A DNA stretch of 64,000 nt, from NCBI GenBank assembly GCA_030704615.1, contig CM060734.1, forward strand, positions 28,768,001 to 28,832,000, in the 5' to 3' direction. The translations under genes were made by a program, and so were the position numbers. The notes beneath the pieces were generated by a model that was not told the origin of the DNA, ran no database searches, and worked only from the letters and a program-made list of their open reading frames with translations. The DNA is from Takakia lepidozioides (lineage: Eukaryota; Plantae; Bryophyta). Every line of letters begins with the position of its first letter. Position 1 is the first letter of the stretch. Below, piece after piece: positions 38,582 to 49,290 of this stretch.

Positions 38582-40540
38582 AGATGGTATTTTGTAAGGT
38601 CACCCGCGTAATGACTTTTGTTGTTCATGACATTTTTGCAGGACATACGAATATAGGTGTTAGTTGCTCATGTAAAGTTTCACATCGAATTGAAATCACA
38701 CGGATGGTATTTTGTAAGTTCACCCCGTGATGACTTTTGTTGTTTATGACATTTTTGCAGGACATACGGATGTAGGTGTTAGTTACTCATGTAAAGTTTC
38801 ACATCGAATTGAAATCACACGGATGGTATTTTGTAAGTTCACCCGCGTAATGACTTTTGTTGTTCATGAAGTTTTTACAAAACATATGAATGTAAGTGTT
38901 AGTTGTTCATGTAAAGTTTCAAATCCAACTAAAATCATACGGATGTTGTTTTGTAAGTTCAGAGGTGTGACGATTTTTGTTGTTCATGAAATTTTGGGAG
39001 GATCTATGAAGTTTTGTAAGTTCACTGGTGTAATGATTTTCATTGTTCATAAAAGTTTTGTAGGACCTATGAATGTAGGTGTTAGTTGCTCATGTAAAGT
39101 TTCAAATTCAACTAAAATCATACAGATGGTGTTTTATAAGTTCACTGGTGTAATGATTTTTGTTGTTCATGAAATCTTTGCATGACCTATGAATATAGGT
39201 GTTAGTTGCTCATGTAAAGTTTCAAATCCAACTAAAATCATACATATGGTGTTTTATAAGTTCACTGGTGTAATGATTTTTGTTGTTCATGAAATCTTTG
39301 CATGACCTATGAATGTAGGTGTTAGTTGCTCAGGTAAAGTTTCAAAACCACCTAAAATCATACGGATGTTGTTTTATAAGTTCACTGGTGTAATGATTTT
39401 TATTGTTCATGAAAGTTTTGTAGGACCTATGAATGTAGATGTTAGTTGTTCATGTAAAGTTTTAAATCCAACTAAAATCATACAGATGATGTTTTATAAG
39501 TTCACTGGTGTAATGATTTTTATTGTTCATGAAAGTTTTGTAGGACCTATGAATGTAGATGTTAGTTGTTCATGTAAAGTTTTAAATCCAACTAAAATCA
39601 TACAGATGATGTTTTATAAGTTCACTGGTGTAATGATTTTTTTTGTTCATGAAATATTTGCATGACCTATGAATGTATGTGTTATTTGCTCATGTAAAGT
39701 TTCAAAACCACCTAAAAGCATACGGATGTTGTTTTGTAAGTTCACTAGTGTGATGATTTTTATTGTTCATGAAAGTTTTGTAGGACCTATGAATATAGGT
39801 GTTAGTTGCTCATGTAAAGTCTTAAATCCAACTAAAATCATACAGATGATGTTTTATAAGTTCACTGGTGTAATGATTTTTTTTGTTCATGAAATATTTG
39901 TATGACCTATGAATGTAGGTGTTAGTTGCTCATGTAAAGTTTCAAAACCACCTAAAATCATACGGATGTTGTTTTGTAAGTTCACTGGTGTGATGATTTT
40001 TATTGTTCATGAAAGTTTTGTAGGACCTATGAATATAGGTGTTAGTTGCTCATGTAAAGTTTCAAATCCAACTAAAATCATACAAATGGTGTTTTATAAG
40101 TTCACTGGTATAATGATTTTTGTTGTTCATGAAATCTTTGCATGATCTATGAATGTACGTGTTAGTTGCTCATGTAAAGTTTTAAATCCACCTAAAATCA
40201 TACGGATGTTGTTTTGTAAGTTCACTGGTGTGACGATTTTTGTTGTCATGAAATTTTGGGAGGATCTATGAATGTAGGTGTTAGTTGCTCATATAAAGTT
40301 TCAAATCCAACTAAAATAATACGGATGGTGTTTTATAAGTTCACTAGTGTAATGATTTTTGTTGTTCATGGTATTTTTGTAGGACCTATGACTGTAGGTG
40401 TTAATTGCTGATGTAAAGTTTCAACTCCAACCAAAATCATACGAATGGTGTTTTGTAAGTTTAGGAGTACAATGACTCTTGACGCTTATGATATTTTTGT
40501 AGGACGTATATATGTAGGGGTGTTAGTTGCTCGTGCAAAG
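38582..40540. repeat. Satellite array, ~16 copies of a 120-bp unit
   Basis: Unit ~GATGGTGTTTTATAAGTTCACTGGTGTAATGATTTTTGTTGTTCATGAAA..GACCTATGAATGTAGGTGTTAGTTGCTCATGTAAAGTTTCAAATCCAACTAAAATCATAC with 120-bp spacing. Confidence 0.97.
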
Positions 40541-40629
40541 TGCAAAATGTATGTTGTATCTGTAAGAGATCTGTAAGGGTGTGCTCTTATTCTTACCAAG
40601 TCAATGCAAGGGATTATCATATTATCATA

Positions 40630-41400
40630 CCAAGTCAATATACATGTTGGGTTTAAACTTAGAACTATATGACATCCATTTTGTAATATATACATGAAAA
40701 TGGAAAACAAAATTTGTACCGTTTTGGACAATCATTAAGTTTAGTTTCATTTGTTGACAATGTGATAGATTTGAAATGACACTATTAACAATGTGATAGA
40801 TTTGATTTGACATTATTAACAATGTGAGATATGAAAGGTTACAAAGAAACATCATATTTCAAAGATATTCATACATTTGTTGCTCAATAGCATTTTAGGG
40901 AAGTCATATTGGGTCATACATGTTGGGTTTGAACTCAAAACAATGCACGACATTTGGTTTATCAAATGTGACCGTAATTGGTAGCGTGGATAGATAACCA
41001 ATTTTTGCAGCCCATGTCTTCATGCACATACACTACAATGAAAAAAGATGTTTCTTTCATTTTTGATCTTAAGTTTAGTCTAATATGTTGGCAATGATAT
41101 ATTCAAAATGATACTTATATTAACAATGGGAGATATGAAAGGTTACAAAGAAATACAATAGTTTTAAGATCTTCGTACATTTGTTGTTCAATAGCATTTC
41201 AATATGAGTGCGAGAGGAGAGGAAATTGACATGGTATATAATGATATCTTTGATTACCATCCAATAATGTCTTGAAATGTGTATATTAGTGTGTGTGAAA
41301 GAGTAAGATATTATAATGACAAGGGAACTCATACAAATCATGCATGTTGGATTTGAACTTGGAACTTTGTAACAATCAATTTTGTGTTCTAACCACAAAG
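40630..41400. repeat. Degenerate longer-period repeats
   Basis: CATGTTGG.TTT.AACT at ~40643, ~40919, ~41343; TTAACAATG.GAGATATGAAAGGTTACAAAGAAA at ~40816 and ~41120. Confidence 0.75.
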
Positions 41401-41595
41401 ACACTCATCATATGTTTGAAACATTTTCAGTTTGAAATATATAATTGAGTTCATGTACATCAATGTTGCATGATCAATTTATGAAATTCAATCAAATCAT
41501 TATGCACACGGAAGACAAAAATAAAGATTATACAAGTAAAACCTGATAGCGAAAAAATTATCGAAGAAACTAGTCATGAGTTTCTATATCATGAT

Positions 41596-42553
41596 CTACA
41601 TATTTTTATTTACAAAGTCATTGAATATTTTGTCATCCCCTTCATCTAATATATAGAAACCGTTTTTGGGCTTATAACTCAAGTGTGCTAATGAAATGAC
41701 ACTTTCAATATCTACTCGGTTGGAATCATTCAAGTCATATCTATATGTACGCACCTTAGTCTCAAGAGGTTTGTACCACCTCAACACTAAGTGTAAACCA
41801 CTAGGTCTTTTCGTCAAATCAAAACCTAATTTGTATTCCACCCATTTGGGCTTCTCTTTGGATGGATTGACATTTCTTGTCATCTTCTGAACTCGACCCA
41901 ACCAAAATTTTCCACCATCTTCACCATACTATACTGCACAATCAGATCTAATGCCAAAAAGTTCACCATTATTTTGTGGAATAATCTTTTTGCTAAAGTA
42001 CACTCCTTGTTTGACTCGAGTGAGCCTATCCTTTGATAACGTCGGATTGCCATTCAATTGACTCACCAATGTCGATTTGAAAATAAATCGATCATCAAAT
42101 TCAACGATAGGTGAAATACCCACAACTCGGCTTCCACCCTGTTGCTCATCAACCACAACATCTAGCTCATGCCGAATTTCACTCTCAGCAACTCGAATAT
42201 CAACTTCTGCGCCATCCACTATAGTCTCATCCATGGAACCTTCCCCACAAATCTCCAAATTAGTATCATCATCTGAAATCTCCAAATCAGCATCATCACA
42301 TACTTCCAAATCAGTTTCAGATCTGTCCAAGTCGGTCCTTTTGACATTTTGGCTTGCTCTCTTCAATTTTTGTGTATCATGCAACCAAGGTTTTGACCAC
42401 CACCCTCTCAACTCCTTTTCTTTTTTCGGTTGCATTCCCAAATGCTTACACAGATTTTGGGCGTCTTCTAGTCCTTGTTGCAAAAAACCAATGAGTGCTG
42501 CATCAGTAGAGATGGCTCCATAATCTCGAAAATCTACAGCCTTCTCCAATGTT
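41596..42553 (-). pseudogene. C-terminal part of the P-like transposase (inverted)
   Basis: LEKAVDFRDYG..GLEDAQNLC..LGM..P, KSTLVSQLNGNPTLSKDRLTRV, WLGRVQKM. Begins where the + strand frame breaks after EHVWTSLH; one in-frame stop at 41929. Confidence 0.7.
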
Positions 42554-42566
42554 ACTCTAGACCCAC

Positions 42567-45500
42567 TTAAGCTGCAGTCTGGGATTCAAATCTTAGTACT
42601 ATGTAGGAGGTCACCCTGATATTGAGGGAATGGGAACGGGATTACATCCAAGTTGAAGCTCTTCACAAGGATGTGCCCTAGGCTAGGGCCAAGTTATACA
42701 GGGTAGTGCAAAAAACAAAACTGTTGGAGTTCACTTTCTTGAAAATACTGTCATACCATGTGAGCATGCACTAAATTTTTGTCAAGCCTTCAGCGGACAA
42801 ATCTGCAAAATAAAGCAAAGGGGGAGAGAGCTGGTCACACACCTTCATCAGCTTGGTACTTATTTTTATCATCAGCTGCAAATGCCAGTAAGTTATACTT
42901 AGGATTCCATTCCACACTGTTCATGGCTGCATGGCATGGTATTTGGTGAACTGAATGGCCGCTTTCCACCTCCGACTGCATGGAGTAAACAATCAGTTCA
43001 AATTCAGTAGAAGACAAGAATTGTGTATCATAGCTAACCACCAACAACGTAAAAACAAATAGAAAATTTTGATTATTTGAGGCCCTTAGCCAGAACATGG
43101 CAGTTGCTTCCAGGAGGACCTTACAGAAATCATGGGCACATCCGGGGCGAACCTTATGGATTCATAAGGTTCCTCTTAACAAAACTTTAATCTAACTGTT
43201 CTTCATGCAGTGAAAGGCTTTGACCGACAGTCCTGTCTTGAGACACCTGAGCCCTTGCACTACTGGTCCAGTGAAGGACCTTGGGTTGAAGGTTAGCTAA
43301 CCACATATTCAGATGGAAAGTGTCAAGTTTGTCTATACACCACCGAGTAAATGGTTACAATCTGAGTGAGGAGCCGTTCAATACAGTTACATGTTGGATG
43401 ACATCCAACACCCAACTGTGATCAGGTGTCACGAATTGCAAAGAATATGTAACTTCATGAAAATTGGCTTCCAGCAACAATTCATGACAAAGATAGACCT
43501 CATAACAGGCCCTGGAGTATAGTGGGACTACTACAGGTTCCCAGAATCATGAGCTTCACAATAACACCAAGCAAGCAAACTGACAGTGAATTCACATGAC
43601 TCGCATTGATTTCAGGTGTCATAAGACTGCCTGACAAGAACAGGCTCCCAATATTTCTTGATCCCTTGCAAGATTCAATATGACATAGGTTTGCAGACTG
43701 CTACCTCTATGTATCAAGCACACCTACCTACATCTGATTGACTTTAAGGTTCAGACATATCACTCACAATATCAATAAACAAATCTTCACTGGCAGAAGC
43801 AATATACCCGCCATCGTGGTTGAAGCTGACAGTTCGAACACGCCATCTACAATAACCCCAATCCCCAATGAGGTCACTTTAGACCAAGGTTACCACGTAC
43901 ACTGTCAATGGAAGGCTATCATACGCATCAGATAAACCCCCCGTTCTCAATTCATCATGTACAATAGAAGATGGTTGACCTAACCTTTCGATCAATTTTC
44001 CAAGCTGGCAGGTCTTGAGATAAGACCAAGTGATGACATTATGGTTTTTCAATTTTCATTTGGCTAACACTGAGAACATTATACCAAGCTGCCTTTTTCT
44101 TCTTTTGGTCTGAGCTTCGAAGATGTATGATAGTTTGCATTCATGAGAGTCTTCAATGGATGAGACTGACATTCACCACCTGAGCTCACAGAGATCAACG
44201 AAAAAGTACAACTGAGCCATGAGAGCACATGGTAAAGCCATACTCAAGCTTGGTGAACGTGCGTACACACAGCATCTCTGAAACATCCCACAAACTCACT
44301 AGTATTGATCTTCTAGAATTACTCACCACACAGGTTCCGTTCACCTCCATTAAACTGGGTTAAATACATTCTAAGTCCCGTTGCAGGGACAAGCGTTAGG
44401 CTACTACTAGTAATCATATTACGTTAAGCTCTGTACATTCTAACAAGACTAACTGGCTAAGTGTAACTGCCTTGACTCCTACGAACCTACTCAGGAGTGA
44501 TACGTAGATTACACCATATCTGGTGTCAACACCCCCCTTGCACTCCTGAAGTGGGTTCCAAAAACTTTGTCTCCCTGAGGGAGACATACGCTGCAGAGAT
44601 ATCTCACCTCAACTTAGTTCTTAATGAGCCGCTTAGTCCAATCTTCAACCTAATCTGGTGTGTGGGGAATTCTAATCACCGCAAGTGCAGAGTGTGAGGA
44701 ACTATAGATCCTAGCCTGGAATATTATGCTACTATAGCTCTAGAATTCTGGGACCGCTAATCTACTTGTATTTGTCTCATTTATAAACGTGTTTTTTCTA
44801 TTGCATCAAACCTACTCCTTTGTGATCATCCCAATCATCTTTCGCAATTCCTCAAACAAGTGGCTTTGTAAGTATGTCGGCTTGCTGCATCTGTGTAGGT
44901 AGAGAGAGAGAGAGAGAGAGAGAGAAAAGACTCCGGCCAAAGCCGGCGTAACTAAGAGCCACTTCGCCACTAGTGGGGATCAGTGGTAATCCCGTGGCCA
45001 GTTTGTTAACAGCTAGGAACCGGAGAGTGTGATTATTCAGATGCCCAAGGCGTCTATGCCACAAGATTGTGGTGGCCGGTGACTCGATCGTGTACAGTGG
45101 AAATGTGCATTTATCCATAATGAAACGGTATAGCCCACTAGCATCTAAGACTCCTCTTCCTACAATCTTGTTCTGATCCTTGACAATCAGACATTGTTTG
45201 TCATCAAAGACTAAAATATAACCCTGCTTGGTGAAGGAGCGGACAGACACAGGATTTCGAGTGACTCCAGGTACGTAGAGAACTTCGTGAATCTTTATTT
45301 CTCCATTGTTAGAAAGATCCACAATGCCTGTTTAATGACAGGGAGACTTTCTCCACTAGCGGTAGAAACTTGACCTTGAGCATGGCCTATGTTATCAAAC
45401 ATCCTAGCATCTCTAGTTCATCTTTCTCCATCTCCATCAAGTTCAGCTGCACGTCAAAGAGGTCGACTGCTGCATCCACGTTGCCCAGGTAAGAGTTCTC

Positions 45501-46241
45501 CCCCTTCTACTTCAAGCAGGTTTGCCTGAAACGCGGGCTGGCGATTTCCTCCATTTGCCCGGTTGCGACGTTCCCGCGCACGTTTCACCAATTCTTGTGC
45601 GAGGTCGTAGCAGTTCCGCATCAAGTGACCATTCTTGCCGCACCAGTTGCACGGTCCCACGGTTCTCCCTCCTTGTCCTCCAGATGTGCACCATGTGTCA
45701 TAGCTATTGTTGAACTGTGGAGTGCGATTGCTCAGTGATGCATTACTGAACGACAAAGCTAACGCCTTTTCCTTGACTACAGAGCTCTGACCCTGTCGAA
45801 ACTTCATGCGAGCCTCAGCCTGGTCTTTACTTCACGAAATTAACAACAGTGATGGAACAAAGCTCACATCCTCTCACATCAATACTCTCAACTACTCTCG
45901 GAGCAAGGCTCACGGAGTGATCTTAACTACGACGTACTCTCACATAACTCCAAGAGCAAAGCTCACTGTGAACAACCTCGCTACTCTGATACCATACTGA
46001 TCTTCTACAATTACTCACCACACAGGTTCCGTTCACCTCCATTAAACTGGGTTAAATACATTCCAAGTCCCGTTGCAGGGACAAGCGTTAGGCTACTACT
46101 AGTAATCATATTATGTTAAGCTCTGTACATTCTAACAAGACTAACTGGCTAAGTGTAACTGCCTTGACTCCTTCGAACCTGCTCAGGAGTGATACGTAGA
46201 TTACACCATATCTGGTGTCAACAACTAGCGTATCCGCCCCT
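42567..46241 (-). pseudogene. THO3: THO complex subunit 3 (TEX1/THOC3, WD40) 3' exons, disrupted by a copia insertion
   Basis: Exon pieces 46229-46241 + 44244-44302 (GADTLVSLWDVSEMLCVRTFTKLE), 43768-43846 (WRVRTVSFNHDGGYIASASEDLFIDI), 42843-42975 (SEVESGHSVHQIPCHAAMNSVEWNPKYNLLAFAADDKNKYQADE), and a tentative last exon ..FESQTAA* (stop 42567-42569). 5' exons not seen. Confidence 0.9.
44303..46223 (-). mobile_element. Internally deleted Ty1/copia LTR retrotransposon
   Basis: 229-bp LTRs 44303-44531 and 45995-46223 (6 mismatches by eye); TSD ACTAG (44298-44302, 46224-46228); tRNA-Met PBS TGGTATCAGAG; PPT; gag knuckle CNWCGKNGHLMRNC; VLYVPG; WHRRLGH; QQADILTKPL. Confidence 0.96.
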
Positions 46242-46789
46242 GTATGCAAAGAGGTACATTCTTGTGAGAGATTCATAACCCAGTAGAGAAAAATCCTTCC
46301 CATGGTTCTCACACATCAAACTCATCTGAGGACTAGAATGGAGAGTTGTCTGTATCGTATATTATGATAGGCACTAACACAATACCCAAATTTCACGTGA
46401 TAGACAATGGGTCTGAAGAGGCATGTACCAAGAATTTTGTTCACCCGGAGATCAGTTTGATTCCCAGTCACAGATTTCACACTCCATTTTATAGCACAGC
46501 AATAACACCTCAGCACCTCAATCTATGAGCAAAGTCATGTGTTCTCTCATAGGTACATGAGAGATTCATGACTCAGTAGAGAAATATCTTTTACATGGTT
46601 CTCACAGAGCACACCCAACCCAAATCCCTTATTTGAGTGGTGGCAAACACTAAAGAGAGAAGAAGATGGTGAGAATCATGAATGGTGTCCATGAGATCTT
46701 GTGTTTAATCCCTATTAGATGCCACATGTGTTAATTATGAAATATTTTGTGAACTCGTTCTTCTACAGTGAAATTTTTTCCAAGTCCTT

Positions 46790-47020
46790 ATTTCTTCTAT
46801 GCCGCGCGAGCGTGGCGGACCTCCAGAGTGCACCCGGCGGATGGGCGCCCCAGCCTCCACGGACTATCTAAAATGGATTGTCCACCCACCAATGGACCGG
46901 GTGGGTGGAACGGACTGTCCACAGCGGACCGTCGAGTGGCCTGTTCAGAGGACCTGATGGGCATGCTTGGGTTATGACGTAACTCCATTGGCCCGTACTG
47001 GCGGGCCCACGGTCGCATCG
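46790..47020. mobile_element. Fragment related to the Mutator-like MITE at 27071-27750
   Basis: TTGGGTTATGACGTAACTCCATTGGCCCGTACTGGCGGGCCCACGGTCGCAT resembles 27669-27721. Confidence 0.55.
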
Positions 47021-48830
47021 ACCAGATGTTAGGATCATTACGTGCATTGGAAAGGGGTGACACTCTAGTCAATCTTCATTTGCAAATGGCTTGTACATTA
47101 TATGTGTCTAGTTTATTGATGTTAATCAGACACCAAAAAAGAACTTGGATGGGATGATTCGAAAGTTGCAACTCTAGGACATGTAGTTGAATTGCAAAGC
47201 CCTTTGAGGAAATGTTTGCATTTTATTGACATGGCTATTGTTTGAAAATCATCGACAAACCTGGTTTCAAATTTGTGCTCTGCAATGTCAGTTCTGAACA
47301 GATGCAGCACAGACTTGATGAATACATCAAGTATGGCGTTTCATCGATAAAAAATCGAATATGTCTCATAATTCAAAATTTATTTGAGCGCGCACAGATG
47401 TGGTCAAAACACAAAATACGAAGACAATTTGATGGTTTATATGTTATAAAAAATACTTGAATAGGGTATTATTAATTGTAATGGTACTAATTTATATAGT
47501 TATTTTAGGGATTTTTATAATTTCAAAATATATATATATATATATATATATGGGTATTTTTTATTGGATGATGAACGCACGTTATATGTTAATTTATGAG
47601 CACTGCACCCCCAAGTCCTAGGATCTAACACTAGTTGCATATCATCATGGTGAATAGAGGAATCTATTTTTATCCACAATGAACATGAAAAAATTCATCT
47701 TTTTTATTTCATAAATTGTTCAATTAAAAAAAAGATGTTCCTTGAGGTAAGTTGGAGAAGACACATCAATGGAAGTAGTTTTCAGCAAAGGAGAGGAGGT
47801 GACACTTGAGGAAAGCACAACATATGCTTAGTGATTTTGACACATGCCCATAGTCTCTTCTTTAGAATGAAGATCAGGAGCCAACAAATTTAGCATGTGT
47901 ACATACTAGGGTAAATGATCATATCACTACCAAGTTAACACTTTCAATGTGTAATTATACAGGTAAATGATGATTTTTGTTTTTTTTTTCATATATGGCT
48001 AGATTAGGCAATGTAGGATAGAAGACCCTGTCATGGCCAAAGACCCTATAATTGCCATGCCAAAGTACCCTATCTAGGCCATTTTTGGGCCTATATGAAT
48101 TAACTTATAGACCCCATTACAGCCACAAGTACACCCATAAAAGCCACCCTCATCAAGGTCACCATGATGCTGCAACTTGTGTCTACCAAGTTAATGTCAA
48201 TTAAGCACTACATATATTAGCAGACCAGTTCTGACCAAGACATATGCAAATATTGGCTTAACCAATGATTTACAATTTATCTCTAATAAAAATAAGATCT
48301 TCTAGGACTATGACAACCACCATACATTAATTACACCTGAAAGATAAGAACGAATCAATTTGAGATGGCCACCATGCATAAATGCAACCTAAAATTTGAA
48401 ATTTTAATAGTTGCCTCCTCCACGAGCTTGAAGCGTTGCCGCTCAATTTGTGGTCCCTTCATCTGGGTAGGCTGAGTAGTTCTCACATCTTCTTCATTCC
48501 CTCCCTTATCTCTCTCTTCCTTGCAACACCAACCTAACTTGTCTTTTGTTTCTAGAGCAGTTCAGTCTTGGCAGAGTTTTCTGGCATTGATAAGCTGTTC
48601 TTTCTTGCTTATGGTAATTTCTATTTGGAAGAGTTTCATGTTTGTAAAATATGAATGCTTCACATTTTAGCAATGATTTAGATCTCATTATCAAGATTGT
48701 AGTAGCAATCTAGTATTTAAGTTCAATGAAAAATGGGAGAGTGGAATGCCACATGGTAATTCTAGTGAGGGTATAAGCAAACCACTCCATGCAGATTTGT
48801 TTTTTACATTCTACAAGTTGAGTATTTATC

Positions 48831-49112
48831 ATTTCGCCATGAAAACCTGTATGTGCCTGCTTATACCCAGAATGAACACACTGAGGGCATTATTGTCTGA
48901 GATTCATTTCGCCATGAAAACCTGTATGCGACTGCTTATAATACCCGAAATGAACACACTGAGGACACTGTTGTCTGAGATTCATTTCGCCATGAAAACC
49001 TATATGCACCTGTTTATACCCAAAATGAACACATTGAGGGCACTGTTGTCTGAGATTCATTTCGCCATGAAAACCTATATGCGTCTGTTTATACCCAAAA
49101 TGAACACACTGA
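48831..49112. repeat. Minisatellite, ~3.7 x 75 bp
   Basis: ATTTCGCCATGAAAACCT at 48831, 48906, 48984 and 49059. Confidence 0.93.
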
Positions 49113-49290
49113 TGTCTGATACTAGAGCTTCCCGAAAACTGTATATGCCTGCACACACCCTAGATGAAAGCATTTCGAACTGTATGCACATGTGCATATA
49201 CTAAATGGTCAACCCCAGTTTTCTTTGACATATTCATTCCAAACCCTATGCGCCATGTTCCACAACCTGCAGTGGCTGCACTTGATAGTT

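Larger units (their letters stand above)
29075..42553 (+). mobile_element. Large P-element-like DNA transposon with inverted right portion (37709-42553)
   Basis: Left end TCGGGGGGGTCACTCT..ATGTGAGATCAA preceded by GAAGACTC (29067-29074). Second end CCTGGGGGGTTCACTCT..ATGTGCGATCAA at 37816 preceded by GAGTCTTC (37808-37815), the reverse complement of the TSD. Transposase is split between the + and - strands. Confidence 0.8.

Noticed and set aside
38727-40145. ORFs with 40-aa repeats
   Set aside because: Translations of the 120-bp satellite; not CRISPR either (no unique spacers).
47050-47420. FFIDE motif suggesting a helicase Walker B
   Set aside because: No Walker A or other helicase motifs nearby.
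48746-49204. 152-aa ORF with 25-aa repeats
   Set aside because: Product of the 75-bp minisatellite.
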